Origin: Halobacteroidaceae bacterium
GTDB taxonomy: Bacteria > Bacillota > Halanaerobiia > B1SED10-174
NCBI GenBank assembly: GCA_003551665.1
Contig: PUNE01000050.1
Span: forward strand, 14,892-78,891
Reading direction: 5' to 3'
Length of the DNA stretch: 64,000 nucleotides
In this document: positions 18,216 through 28,209 of the stretch, one piece after another
How positions within the stretch are numbered: position 1 is the stretch's first letter
Layout: every line of letters begins with the position of its first letter
Notes under the pieces: model-generated
What the model was told of the DNA's origin: nothing
The model's database searches: none
Seen by the model: the letters and a program-made list of their open reading frames with translations, nothing else
Program-made: the position numbers and the translations under genes

Positions 18216-19427
18216 TTATTCATAACTCAGGGCCTTGACTGGATCAAGGCGGGAAGCCTTGTAGGCAGGATAAATTCCGAAGAAAAGACCTACCAGCAAG
18301 GCAAAACCCAGTGCCAGCAGTACAGAGACCACGGAAACAACCGGTGCCCAGCCTCCAAAACGGGCAATTCCCACGGCCCCCAGTCGCCCAAAAAATATTC
18401 CAATTACGCCTCCGATTCCGCCCAGGCTCAGGGCTTCAATCAAAAACTGGCGCATTATATGCCTGCGCTTGGCTCCAAGGGCCTTGCGGATGCCTATCTC
18501 CCTGGTCCTCTCCGTAACAGAAACCAGCATTATATTCATGATCCCTATGCCCCCTACCAGGAGGGAAATTCCCGCAATTCCACCCAGCATTATATTCAGG
18601 GTATTTGTTACCTGGTCAATGACCTCAATTATCTGGTCCTGGCTGGTCAGGCGGAATTTATCTGATCCATCAAGGCTTTTGGTCAGAAAATATTCAATTT
18701 GCCCAACGGCAATTTTGGCTTCCTCAGAAGAACCCGCCTGGGCTGTATAGGAATCAACATAACGGGTGTTGGCAACCTTCTGCATGTAGGTGGTTATTGG
18801 GATATAGACCTGGGCGTTGAAGTTGCCTCCCAGGCCCATGCTTTTTTCCTCCATTACCCCAAAAACGGTAAAAATATGGGTCCGATTGCCATAGCTCAAT
18901 CTAACCTTCCTTCCCAGGGGATCACCAGATCCGAATAAATCATCAGCGACTTCTGACCCCAGGATAACCACATTGCTGTTCTGTTGCAGGTCTTCGTGTT
19001 GCAGAAAACGACCCAGTTCAGGGTAATAATCATTAATTGCCTGATAATCCGGCCCGGTTCCAACAACAGTGGCCCGGATATTGGTGCTTCCACTGATTAA
19101 CAGGGCTGAGCCCTGGCCAACTGGAACCAGGGCCTTGACAGCAGGGCTGTAATTCAGAATATTTTCTCCCAGTTCCAGGGTAAAAATATCGGTATAGGGG
19201 CGGCTGATTCGGCCCCCTTCTCCCCTCTGGATCCCGGGATTGATATTTATGGTGTTGGATCCCAGGTTGGCAATCTGGCTTGTAACTTCACCCCTGGCCC
19301 CGGTTCCGATGGAAACAATGGCAATTACTGCCGCCACCCCAATAATAATTCCCAGCATGGAAAGGAAGGTCCGGAGTTTGTTGCTGGTCATACTGCGCAG
19401 GGCAATCCGTAAGGTTTCGAGGATCAT
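18216..19427 (-). CDS. ABC transporter permease, MacB/FtsX family
   Basis: 403 aa with TM1, a large extracytoplasmic domain and three C-terminal TMs. Motif [16 protein letters not shown] is typical of FtsX/MacB permeases. Confidence 0.9.
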   Translation of the reverse strand: MILETLRIALRSMTSNKLRTFLSMLGIIIGVAAVIAIVSIGTGARGEVTSQIANLGSNTININPGIQRGEGGRISRPYTDIFTLELGENILNYSPAVKALVPVGQGSALLISGSTNIRATVVGTGPDYQAINDYYPELGRFLQHEDLQQNSNVVILGSEVADDLFGSGDPLGRKVRLSYGNRTHIFTVFGVMEEKSMGLGGNFNAQVYIPITTYMQKVANTRYVDSYTAQAGSSEEAKIAVGQIEYFLTKSLDGSDKFRLTSQDQIIEVIDQVTNTLNIMLGGIAGISLLVGGIGIMNIMLVSVTERTREIGIRKALGAKRRHIMRQFLIEALSLGGIGGVIGIFFGRLGAVGIARFGGWAPVVSVVSVLLALGFALLVGLFFGIYPAYKASRLDPVKALSYE

Positions 19428-20101
19428 ACTACCACCTCGTCCTTCAGTATGCGGCCATCGCGGAGTTCGATAACCCGCCGGGCATATTCCGCAATCTCTT
19501 TTTCATGGGTTACAAGAACTATGGTGTGCCCCTGGCTGTTGAGGTCGGTAAAGATCTCAAGAATTTCCTGCCCGGTTTTGGAATCCAGGTTTCCCGTGGG
19601 CTCGTCCGCGAGAATAATGGCGGGGTTATTGACCAGGGCCCGGGCAATGGCAACCCTCTGTTTCTGACCTCCCGAAATTTCATTGGGTTTATGGGTAAGC
19701 CTGTGTCCCAGGCCTACTTTTTCCAGGGCTTCTTTGGCCAGCTGTCTCCTCCTTCGCAAATTTACCCCCCGGTAAATCAGAGGAACTTCGACGTTCTGTA
19801 AAATAGTGGTCCGGGAAAGAAGATTAAACTGCTGGAAGACAAACCCTATTTTTTGGTTGCGAATTTCTGCAAGCCTGTCGTCGGATATACTGCTGATTTC
19901 TCTGCCATCAATCCAGTACTCCCCTTCAGTGGGATAATCAAGGCACCCCATTAAGTGCATCAGGGTTGATTTTCCTGAACCTGAAGGCCCCATTATTGCC
20001 AGGAACTCCCCATCCTGGACACCAAAGGTTACTCCCCGCAGTGCCGGAACCTTGATCTTACCCATGAAATAGGTTTTGTGCATATCTTTAACTTCAATCA
20101 T
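19424..20101 (-). CDS. ABC transporter ATP-binding protein (MacB/LolD-type)
   Basis: Walker [10 protein letters not shown], signature SGGQKQR, Walker [12 protein letters not shown]. Confidence 0.9.
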   Translation of the reverse strand: MIEVKDMHKTYFMGKIKVPALRGVTFGVQDGEFLAIMGPSGSGKSTLMHLMGCLDYPTEGEYWIDGREISSISDDRLAEIRNQKIGFVFQQFNLLSRTTILQNVEVPLIYRGVNLRRRRQLAKEALEKVGLGHRLTHKPNEISGGQKQRVAIARALVNNPAIILADEPTGNLDSKTGQEILEIFTDLNSQGHTIVLVTHEKEIAEYARRVIELRDGRILKDEVVV

Positions 20102-21138
20102 CAGAATCTACCTCCGGGCATCGGGGGCATTCCAGTCCGGAAAAAATCCCGGTCCAGGCCCGAAGCCATCTGGCCCAGGATATAGGCATTAATCAGGACA
20201 GTATCCCCTTCCTGCAGACCCTCGCGGATTACAATTCTCGCCCCATCATCGATGCCAACACTGACCGGAGCCTGGACAGGAGAACCATCTTCAACCCTGA
20301 TTACAAAATCCTGGTTATCCACAGTATAAACAGCGCTTAGGGGAACAACAAGTTGATCGGTTACTTCATCAATAATAATCTGCAGTTCCGCAGTCAGATT
20401 GGGCCTGAAGTTGGCGTGAGTTTCTGTCAAGAGAACCGTCACGGGAAGAGTTATCACCCCGTTATTGTCCCGGGCCCTGAAAGCAATCCTGTCGATAACC
20501 CCTGAGAAGTTATTGCCCGGAATTGCATCAATGGAAATTATTACCTCCTGGCCAACCTGAACCAGGTTCATTTCGATCTCATCAATTTCTACCTCAACCT
20601 TAAATTGATCTGTTTCCACTAGGTTGATAACATTCTGCCCAGAACTAACCCGGTCTCCTGCTTCTACAAACACCTCGCTTACAAGCCCCGAAAAAGGAGC
20701 TTTCATATCTGTAGCCTCCAGGTCGGCCTCGGCCACCTGGAGATTGAGTTCCTGTTCGCGAATCTCGCTGGGCGTCCCGTTAATCAAAGCCCGCTCGTAG
20801 TTATTTCTGGCCCGAAGGTAGTCCAGTTCCTGCCTGGTTTTATCAGTCCGGGCCAGGACCTGCCCTTCCTCTACCCGGTCTCCTTCCTCAACGAGAACCT
20901 CCTCCAGTTCGGCCCCAAAAGGAAAGGAAAGGTTTTTTTCCCTACCAGGCGAAAGGTTCCCGGTCAGCTCAATGGTTTCCCGGATTGAACTCTTGTCCAC
21001 CCGGGTCAGCATTCTATCCTCCAGTTGAATCCTGTCCAGGCTGAACTCGGGGGTAGAGCGGTTGAACCAGCTCCAGGCAGCAATTCCCCCCCCGACTACA
21101 ACCAGAATTAAAATAAGGACCAAAATTTTTCTCTTCAT
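20101..21138 (-). CDS. Efflux periplasmic adaptor (membrane fusion protein, HlyD/MacA family)
   Basis: N-terminal TM, lipoyl-like hairpin motifs ([15 protein letters not shown] ... [18 protein letters not shown]) and a coiled-coil segment. Confidence 0.85.
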   Translation of the reverse strand: MKRKILVLILILVVVGGGIAAWSWFNRSTPEFSLDRIQLEDRMLTRVDKSSIRETIELTGNLSPGREKNLSFPFGAELEEVLVEEGDRVEEGQVLARTDKTRQELDYLRARNNYERALINGTPSEIREQELNLQVAEADLEATDMKAPFSGLVSEVFVEAGDRVSSGQNVINLVETDQFKVEVEIDEIEMNLVQVGQEVIISIDAIPGNNFSGVIDRIAFRARDNNGVITLPVTVLLTETHANFRPNLTAELQIIIDEVTDQLVVPLSAVYTVDNQDFVIRVEDGSPVQAPVSVGIDDGARIVIREGLQEGDTVLINAYILGQMASGLDRDFFRTGMPPMPGGRF

Positions 21139-22553
21139 TACTCCACTCCCTGTCCCCAGTCAATAATTTTCCCCAAAAAGTAGGCCAGCTGGATCCGGGC
21201 AAATAACCAGTCATCCCTGGCCTCCAGGTAATCATGCTCTGCCTGTTCTAAAGCCTGAACTGCCTGATTATAATCCCGGATGGTTGCCAGCCCCTTTTGG
21301 AAGCTATCCTCTTTCAACTCCATTTCCAGTTCTGACCGCCGGAGCAGGAGCTTCTTTTCATCTACAGTTTTCCCGGCACTTTCAACTGCTTCTTCCAGGG
21401 TTGTCAACCTGGCCTTGATATCTTTTTCCAGGTCAGCCTTTCTCCTCTCCAGGTCTCTTCCCTGGGCCTTTAAATCCTCTTTTTCCAGGTCATCTCTTCC
21501 GCTGTCAAAAAGGTTATAGTTAACCTCTACGCCTATTCCCACACCCCAGTCTTCGTGCCAGCCGTCAACACTTCCACTCAGATCTACCCGGGGTTTCTGA
21601 CCTTCCTCAAACCATTCCACCTGTTTTTTATACTGCTCTATTTCCAACTGGAGGTTTTTCAATTCCGGATTAACTGCAAAGGCAGCAGCAACCTTTTCCT
21701 CCCGGTCCATTTCTTCAATACCCTGGTCTTCAACCCATTCCCAGAGTTCATCAACCAGCCCGGCACTCACTTCCAGCTCAATTTCCTTTTCCTCCGGAAG
21801 ACCGAGAGACCGGTAAAATTCCTTTCTATCCCGTTCTATGCTTTTCTCAATTGTCTCCAGAGTGGCCTGGGCCCGCAAATGAGCTACCCGAGAATCAATC
21901 AACTGTATTTCTCCCGCTTCCCCTATTTCTTTCTGCCGCTGGACTTCCTCCAGTTCTTCCTCCACCCGGGCAAGGCTTGTCCTTGCTTTCTGTAGCTCTT
22001 CCTGCTTACGGGCCAGGTCCAGGTAATCTTCAATCCATCCCAGAATATTTTGCGACTGCTGCAGGGGCAAAGTATTCTGCAGGCGCTCCAGGGCCACCTG
22101 CCGTGAAAGCAACGTCCTCTCAGTGTCAGAAGGAACCCGGGGAAAAACCCGGTACCCAATGGATAAACTCAGATCGGGTTCGTAATCCTGGTCGGCCATT
22201 CCCGGAACCCCAGTTGCTTTTCCGTAGGTAAGGCTTCCCTGGAGGTTAATACCTGGAATAAAGCGACGGTCCAGGTGGAGCCCGATGGACTGACGCCGAA
22301 ATTCTCCCTCCGCCAGGTCATACTGACTCAAACCCCTCACATCCAGCTGCCATCCTGCACCCGCAACAACCTTTTCAATTTCCCGTATTGCCTGTTCCAG
22401 TTCATTTTTCATTTCCTGCTGGGCAGGAGCATTTTCCAGGCCCCAGTACACTAAATCTTCCAGCGTAAGGGTTTCGGCTTTAATTCCACCCGAGGTCAGT
22501 AATAAAAGAGAGATGCCAAAAATTAAAAAGGTTTTTGTCTTACAGAATATCAT
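21138..22553 (-). CDS. TolC-like outer membrane efflux protein (471 aa)
   Basis: Signal peptide, then LTLEDLVYWGLENAPAQQ (the OEP-family opening motif) and long coiled-coil-rich repeats. Confidence 0.75.
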   Translation of the reverse strand: MIFCKTKTFLIFGISLLLLTSGGIKAETLTLEDLVYWGLENAPAQQEMKNELEQAIREIEKVVAGAGWQLDVRGLSQYDLAEGEFRRQSIGLHLDRRFIPGINLQGSLTYGKATGVPGMADQDYEPDLSLSIGYRVFPRVPSDTERTLLSRQVALERLQNTLPLQQSQNILGWIEDYLDLARKQEELQKARTSLARVEEELEEVQRQKEIGEAGEIQLIDSRVAHLRAQATLETIEKSIERDRKEFYRSLGLPEEKEIELEVSAGLVDELWEWVEDQGIEEMDREEKVAAAFAVNPELKNLQLEIEQYKKQVEWFEEGQKPRVDLSGSVDGWHEDWGVGIGVEVNYNLFDSGRDDLEKEDLKAQGRDLERRKADLEKDIKARLTTLEEAVESAGKTVDEKKLLLRRSELEMELKEDSFQKGLATIRDYNQAVQALEQAEHDYLEARDDWLFARIQLAYFLGKIIDWGQGVE

Positions 22554-23613
22554 CGGCTACCTCCTTCAGGCTGTGCCCCATGGCTTCGTAAATTTCCAGC
22601 AGAGTCAGGTAGTAATTGTTCACCGCTGAATAAAGACTCTGCTGGGCTCCCAAAAGGGAAATCCGGGAGGAAAGCAGGTCATTGGTTGTCCTCAAGCCCA
22701 GTTCCTCCTGGCGCACTACGATATCATGGTTTTTCTCGGCTTCCTCCAGGCTCTCTTCAGCCAGTTGCAGATTATTTTTGGCCCGGGTTAAGCCGTTGTA
22801 CATTTGCTGAAAGCGGTGGCGAGCATCATTCTCACTCTTTTCAATATTAAGCCGGGCTATTTCCAGGTCGTTTTCTTTTTGCTGCAGGTCAAGGGCAGGT
22901 GTTGTAGCTTCCCGGGCCCTGTTCAGGTCAATCTCTGCCAGCTCCAGCTGCTTTTCCCGAACCTGCAGCTCCGTGGCAGCAGCCAGGGCTTGGTGCAAAA
23001 ATTCTTCCAGGTCAATTTCCACGGGTTCAACACCGCTCAGGACATCTCCCCTCAGGGGAGGCAGCTCCTCCAGCCCCAGCCTGTACTTGAATTCTTCCTG
23101 GTCCTGAATTAAGTCCTGCCTGCTTCCTTCCAGATCAAAAGCAGCACTGTTGTAGTTACCCTGCTGCTGGATTAAATCAAGCTGGCTGCGGTGTCCAGTT
23201 GCCACCTGTTTTTCAACTTCATCCAGTCGCCTTTGCTCCAGTTCGAGAATTATTTCCTTCCTCTCCAGTTCCATTTCCGAGAGGATCAACTGGAAAAAGA
23301 TCCTGACTGTATCACGAACAAGCTGATTTTCTGTCTGCGAAAAACTGTTCTCTGCCTGCAACAGCCCTAATTCGTTCTGTAATTCTGCATACCGGGACCC
23401 TGTCCGCATTATTTCGGCTTCATTCTTCCTATAATTAATGCGAGAATTCTCCAGATCAATGCGGGCAATACTCAGCTCAATGCTATTGTCTATCGAGTGT
23501 CCAACAGCCTCGGTAACCTCCATTTCTGCCGCTGTAGCCTTAAAGCCAGGAATTATAAATAGCAGGCAAAATAAAAAAATTAGTGATCTCCCCAGAATTT
23601 GCATGTAACGCAC
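22540..23613 (-). CDS. TolC-like outer membrane efflux protein, shorter paralog (357 aa)
   Basis: Signal peptide and an OEP-like opening (EAVGHSIDNSIELSIARIDLENSR), helix-rich. It overlaps the next TolC-like gene by 14 nt. Confidence 0.7.
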   Translation of the reverse strand: MRYMQILGRSLIFLFCLLFIIPGFKATAAEMEVTEAVGHSIDNSIELSIARIDLENSRINYRKNEAEIMRTGSRYAELQNELGLLQAENSFSQTENQLVRDTVRIFFQLILSEMELERKEIILELEQRRLDEVEKQVATGHRSQLDLIQQQGNYNSAAFDLEGSRQDLIQDQEEFKYRLGLEELPPLRGDVLSGVEPVEIDLEEFLHQALAAATELQVREKQLELAEIDLNRAREATTPALDLQQKENDLEIARLNIEKSENDARHRFQQMYNGLTRAKNNLQLAEESLEEAEKNHDIVVRQEELGLRTTNDLLSSRISLLGAQQSLYSAVNNYYLTLLEIYEAMGHSLKEVADDIL

Positions 23614-23653
23614 CCCTTTAATTTAAGTTTTCCCCCCGTTTTTCTGTTCCCCT

Positions 23654-24133
23654 TTACACCAGGCCAGTCCGGTTTCTTTTTCCCGGTCTGCCCCAATTTT
23701 CCTCTGCACAAACCTCTTCCAAAATATTTTGGGTCATCTTCCCCATAAGTTCCAGTGCCTGTTGTTCTTCTTCTGGAGAAAACCCCCGGGTCAGGGTAGA
23801 TTCCGCACTACGAAGGATTTTTTTGAGTTCTCTTCCAATTTCCCTGGCCTTTGGGGTCGGGTATAATCTCTTGACTCGCCTGTCTTTTCCCCATCTTTTT
23901 TTCTCAACATAACCCTCCTGGATTAAACCCTTCAAGCTCTTGGTAACGGTTGCCTTATCCAGAAAAAGCTTTTCCCCCAGTTCATTCTGGGAAAGCCCCT
24001 TAAAATAAAAAAGAACGCCTAAAATTTCCACCTGGATTTTGTTAATTTTAAAGCAGGCAACTTCCCTTGATATTTTATTGCCCCAGTACTTGGAGATTAT
24101 TGCAATATCCTTGCCCAGCCACTGTTCCGACAT
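23654..24133 (-). CDS. MarR-family transcriptional regulator
   Basis: Winged-helix core LSQNELGEKLFLDKATVTKSLKGLIQEGYVEKKRWGKDRRVKRLYPT. It is the first gene of the efflux operon. Confidence 0.85.
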   Translation of the reverse strand: MSEQWLGKDIAIISKYWGNKISREVACFKINKIQVEILGVLFYFKGLSQNELGEKLFLDKATVTKSLKGLIQEGYVEKKRWGKDRRVKRLYPTPKAREIGRELKKILRSAESTLTRGFSPEEEQQALELMGKMTQNILEEVCAEENWGRPGKRNRTGLV

Positions 24134-24298
24134 TCCCTCAACTCCTTCATTACCTTATCATAACAAAAAATATATTTAGTTGCAATAAGAAACTTTCTCG
24201 GCGAAGTCTTTTTCTGGGATTTTTTCCCTTTATTGCAGGATTTTTTCTGAACCTATAGAAATCAGGGTGGGAAATCCGAGAAATGGGAGGGATTTTTG

Positions 24299-25606
24299 GT
24301 GAAAAAAAATATTTCCGTTCTAATCATCTTCCTGGGGATTTTTCTGGTTTTCTCCGGGTCACCATTACAGGCGGAAAACCAAACCACAGCTGAAGGACTG
24401 GAATTTTTGCAGGAAAATAACCAAAAAATCAACCTGGATAAACCTTTCGAGGCTTTTTCCCTTCTCGATCCCTACCTGGAGGAAAATAAATTTTTCTTTA
24501 CCGGGGAAACCCACCGGGTCCGCCCTAATGAAAAGTTGAGGCTGGAGTTTTTGAAATATTTACACCAGAATGCCGGGGTCCGTTACTATGTGCCCGAGGC
24601 CACCTACAGCATAGCCCATTTTTTAAACAGGTATCTGCAGACAGGAGATGAGTATTACCTGGACCTGACCATCCCCTACTGGCATCGGATTGCCGGTGTA
24701 TACGAATTCTTCCAGGAACTGCGGGCTTATAACCAGACCCTAGAACCCCATGAAAGAATCGAAATTATCGGATTTGATATCACCGGCCCTTTCCGCCAGA
24801 TCATTTCCGTAATTCATCTGCTGGAAATCACTCCCCCCGATGATGCTCCGGATGAACTAGCTGAACCCCTGGAAGAACTTGCGGAACTTAAGGAAACCTT
24901 CATGGAAGAAAGGCAGAAACCTGACCACTATTACAAGGCTCAAACAGATTTTTATGCCGGTATTCCTGACAGTTTTTTCGATAAGATTCTTCCCCCTGTA
25001 GAAGAAATCAAACAATTATTGGAGGAAAACCCCGGGCCAATTGAAAAGTTTCTGGGAGAAGATTTCTTCTCTTTCCAGTTTATAGTCCAGAATATAATTG
25101 ATGGTTTTGACTCCTTCGAGTTGATGTTTGAAGGGAGGTGGGATTCCAATGAGTTTCGGGACAGGCGCTCTTTTGAAAACTTCCTGGAACTATATCCTGA
25201 CCTTGACAGGGGCAATTTCTTCGGGCAGTGGGGAGACCTGCACACCTTCCAGGAAGAATACCACGGCTTTCCCTGGTTGGCAGCCCACCTGGATTCAGAG
25301 GAATCGCCACTGGCCGGACAGGTCCTTTCCATTTTTTACACCTATGATGACTGCCACCTCCTGGAAAGATTAACGCTGGATAGTCCATTCCCCTACTCCT
25401 CTGATCTGGAAGACATGGAAATTATGCAAAAAGCAGCATCCGGTGAACTGGTCCTTTTTAACCTGCAGGGAGAGGATTCTCCTTTTGGCCGCGAATTATT
25501 TTTCCTGGGAGATGATGCTTCTGGAGGAACAACCCTCGATTATTTCCAGTTTATGCTCTACATCAAGGGATTTGACCGGGCTGATCCCCTGTATGAACAC
25601 CGGTAG
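24299..25606 (+). CDS. Secreted protein of the erythromycin-esterase / ChaN / Tiki-like superfamily (function unknown)
   Basis: Signal peptide. N-terminal GETH motif (FFFTGETHRV) and a later conserved His (FGQWGDLHTF). It is a clear paralog of 51466..52674. The family assignment is from motif memory only. Confidence 0.6.
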   Translation: MKKNISVLIIFLGIFLVFSGSPLQAENQTTAEGLEFLQENNQKINLDKPFEAFSLLDPYLEENKFFFTGETHRVRPNEKLRLEFLKYLHQNAGVRYYVPEATYSIAHFLNRYLQTGDEYYLDLTIPYWHRIAGVYEFFQELRAYNQTLEPHERIEIIGFDITGPFRQIISVIHLLEITPPDDAPDELAEPLEELAELKETFMEERQKPDHYYKAQTDFYAGIPDSFFDKILPPVEEIKQLLEENPGPIEKFLGEDFFSFQFIVQNIIDGFDSFELMFEGRWDSNEFRDRRSFENFLELYPDLDRGNFFGQWGDLHTFQEEYHGFPWLAAHLDSEESPLAGQVLSIFYTYDDCHLLERLTLDSPFPYSSDLEDMEIMQKAASGELVLFNLQGEDSPFGRELFFLGDDASGGTTLDYFQFMLYIKGFDRADPLYEHR

Positions 25607-25679
25607 AACCAGCTTCCCGGACAATTTTTTCATCTTTATCCCCAACCTTTTTCCCCAAAGTTAATCCCGGTTAACAAAC

Positions 25680-25702
25680 AAAAAAAGCTCCCCCTGGGGC
25701 TC
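25680..25702 (-). terminator. Candidate terminator downstream of ptsI
   Basis: A short bulged GC hairpin (25686-25701) followed on the minus strand by a U-run (plus-strand A7 at 25680-25686). Confidence 0.4.
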
Positions 25703-25747
25703 TGGACCTTTTTCAACCAGATCTCTTCTCCGGGGGAGCATTTCCTT

Positions 25748-27466
25748 TTACCGGGCAGTTTTTTTCTTCTCTTCCAGAAATTCCTGCACCTCGCGGGCGG
25801 TTTTTAATTTCAACGCAGCCTCTGTCACTTCACGGGCTTCTTCTCTCGTCCAGAAACCCAGCAGTTCCTTGATCCTTAAAACCGAACCTGCACTCATGCT
25901 GAATTCGTCCAGTCCCGCTCCAAGCAAAAAGGGAAGTAACAGCTCGTCACCTGCAGCTTCTCCACACATCCCCACCCAGATATCGTTGCGGTGACCCGCT
26001 GCAATGGTCTCCTCAATCAGTTTGAGAACAGCAGGGTGATAGGGTGAATGGAGATAGGCAATCCGCTCATTACCCCTGTCTACTGCCATGGCATACTGGA
26101 TTAAGTCATTGGTCCCGATGCTGAAAAAATCCACCTCATCAGAAAGGTCCTCGGCAATCATTACTGCTCCCGGGACTTCAATCATTATACCCTTTTCCAT
26201 TTCCCGGTCGAAAGGAATATCCTCCTGCTCGAGCTCCTTTTTAGCCTCTTCCAGGAGTTTGTTGGCCTCCCGGACTTCTTCCAGGGTTGCAATCATGGGG
26301 TACATGAGCTTTACATTTCCATAATGACTTGCTCGAAGAATGGCCTTTAACTGGGGCTTGAATATCTCTGGCTGGTCCAGACAGAGCCGGATTGCCCTGT
26401 AGCCCAAAAATGGGTTCATTTCTTCGGGCTGTTCCAGGTAGGGAAGATCCTTATCTCCCCCAATATCCAGGGTCCTGATTATTACGGGGTAATCCCCCAT
26501 GGCTTCAGCCACTTCCCTGTAGGCTTCAAATTGTTCCTCTTCTCCGGGCAGGTCATCCCGGTCCATGTACAGAAATTCCGTGCGGAAAAGGCCAATACCC
26601 TCTCCCCCCTGCTCGAGAAGGGGTTCCACGTCACCGGTATTGCCTATGTTGCCCACTACCTCAACTTCCTCTCCATCCCTGGTTACAGCCTTGACATCTT
26701 TAAACTGGGCCAGTCTTTCCTTTTCTTTCCGGTAGGCCTCCAGCTTATCCCGGTATTCAGAAAGTTTTTCCTCATCCGGATCCAGGTAGATTTCCCCGGA
26801 GTTGCCGTCCACGATGACCTGCATCCCGTCCTCAACTTCTTCCAAAAATTCACGTCCCAGGCCAACAACTGCAGGAATACCCAGCGAACGGGCCATTATC
26901 GCCGAATGAGAGGTCCGGGAGCCATCAGCCGTTACAAAAGCCAGCACCCTATCCTTATCCAGACGGGCTGTATCTGAAGGAGTCAGATCCCGGGCAATAA
27001 TTATGGAATCATCCGGTAAATTCTCCTGCTGATCACTTTCTCCCTTGAGAATCCGGAGCACACGGTTTCCAACGTCCCTGATATCCGCTTCCCGGGCCTG
27101 CATGTACTCGTCTTCCAGCCCGGCCATCAGCGAAGCATACTGTTCAACAGCATCCACAAGGGCTTTTTCAGCATTCTTTTTCTCGTTTTTTATTCCTTCT
27201 TCCATTACTTGGGTCATTTCCGGGTCCTGGACCAGCATCTGGTGGGCAGAAAAAATTTCTGCTTCCTCGGGACCCACTTTCTGTTTTGTTTCTTCCTGTA
27301 TTTCCCTGAGCTCCTTTACCGCTTTCTCCAGTGCTTCCCGCAGGCGCTCCAATTCTCCCTCAACCTCATTGGAATTTATTTCCCGCTCATCTGCCTGCAG
27401 GACCTTTTCTTCCTTCAGGATACTCTTACCTATGGCGATACCAGGTGATGCGGCAATTCCTCGCAT
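25748..27466 (-). CDS. ptsI: Phosphoenolpyruvate-protein phosphotransferase (PTS enzyme I)
   Basis: Phosphohistidine region GSRTSHSAIMARSLGIPAV and a PEP-utilising C-terminal domain (SIGTNDLIQY). The start overlaps the ptsH stop (TAATG). Confidence 0.95.
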   Translation of the reverse strand: MRGIAASPGIAIGKSILKEEKVLQADEREINSNEVEGELERLREALEKAVKELREIQEETKQKVGPEEAEIFSAHQMLVQDPEMTQVMEEGIKNEKKNAEKALVDAVEQYASLMAGLEDEYMQAREADIRDVGNRVLRILKGESDQQENLPDDSIIIARDLTPSDTARLDKDRVLAFVTADGSRTSHSAIMARSLGIPAVVGLGREFLEEVEDGMQVIVDGNSGEIYLDPDEEKLSEYRDKLEAYRKEKERLAQFKDVKAVTRDGEEVEVVGNIGNTGDVEPLLEQGGEGIGLFRTEFLYMDRDDLPGEEEQFEAYREVAEAMGDYPVIIRTLDIGGDKDLPYLEQPEEMNPFLGYRAIRLCLDQPEIFKPQLKAILRASHYGNVKLMYPMIATLEEVREANKLLEEAKKELEQEDIPFDREMEKGIMIEVPGAVMIAEDLSDEVDFFSIGTNDLIQYAMAVDRGNERIAYLHSPYHPAVLKLIEETIAAGHRNDIWVGMCGEAAGDELLLPFLLGAGLDEFSMSAGSVLRIKELLGFWTREEAREVTEAALKLKTAREVQEFLEEKKKTAR

Positions 27467-27741
27467 TATTCACCCTCCTGTTCGCTTAATCCCTGGTCTA
27501 TTAGTTCCACCAGGGCTTCAATTGCCTCCTTCTCATCTTCTCCTTCCGCCCTGATATTGACCTTGCTCCCTTTGCCGGCACCAAGGCTCATTACCCCCAT
27601 TATGCTTTTAGCATTGACAGTTTTATCATCCTTACTGATCTTAATATCTGCTGTGAAAGAGCTGGCCTTTTTTACAAAGACTGTTGCCGGGCGGGCGTGC
27701 AGCCCGGTCTCATTTTTGATGGTTACTTCCTTTTCTTCCAA
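27466..27741 (-). CDS. ptsH: Phosphocarrier protein HPr
   Basis: GLHARPA (His15) and KSIMGVMSLG (Ser46) are both present. Confidence 0.9.
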   Translation of the reverse strand: MEEKEVTIKNETGLHARPATVFVKKASSFTADIKISKDDKTVNAKSIMGVMSLGAGKGSKVNIRAEGEDEKEAIEALVELIDQGLSEQEGE

Positions 27742-27747
27742 AACAAT

Positions 27748-28209
27748 TCATCCTTTCCTCTTGAAGTCGTTTTCTGAATTAACTTTCAATCCTTCCCGCA
27801 AAAAAAGTTCTGCTGCAACCCCTTTACCGGCAACCAGTTGGCCCGAAAAAGTCCCATCATAGATAAAATAGGGGCCGCACGAAGGGCTCTTTTCTTTAAA
27901 TATTGCCCTTTCCGCCCCGGCATGACGGGCCAGGTTCAGGGCCTCACGTGCACCCCGTTTAAAAGCCTCTGTCACATCCTCGCCCCGGGGAGTAATAAGT
28001 CGGGCTTTTCCCTCCCAGACGTCCTCACCATCACCACCCCGGATTTCTGCCGGGGCCCGGGGCGTGGAAAGCCCTCCCAATTGCTCTGGACAGACGGGGA
28101 TAATTTCTCCTTTCCGGTATAGCTCAACCAGTTCGGGGTGAGAGTTGTTACCCCCGTCATATTTGCAGTTAACCCCAACCAGGCAGGCACTAACAATCAG
28201 CATCAACAA
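27748..28209 (-). CDS. DUF523-family protein (TudS-like Fe-S protein)
   Basis: N-terminus LIVSACLVGVNCKYDGGNN and a later SPSCG, the DUF523 cysteine pattern. Confidence 0.75.
   Translation of the reverse strand: MLMLIVSACLVGVNCKYDGGNNSHPELVELYRKGEIIPVCPEQLGGLSTPRAPAEIRGGDGEDVWEGKARLITPRGEDVTEAFKRGAREALNLARHAGAERAIFKEKSPSCGPYFIYDGTFSGQLVAGKGVAAELFLREGLKVNSENDFKRKG

Noticed and set aside
18120-18665. 181-aa plus-strand ORF
   Set aside because: It is antisense to the MacB/FtsX permease gene and contains the operon terminator within its 5' part.
21138-23613. The two TolC-like ORFs as halves of one frameshifted gene
   Set aside because: Each has its own signal peptide and its own OEP-type opening motif. 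Their combined length (828 aa) is about twice a TolC, so they are two genes.
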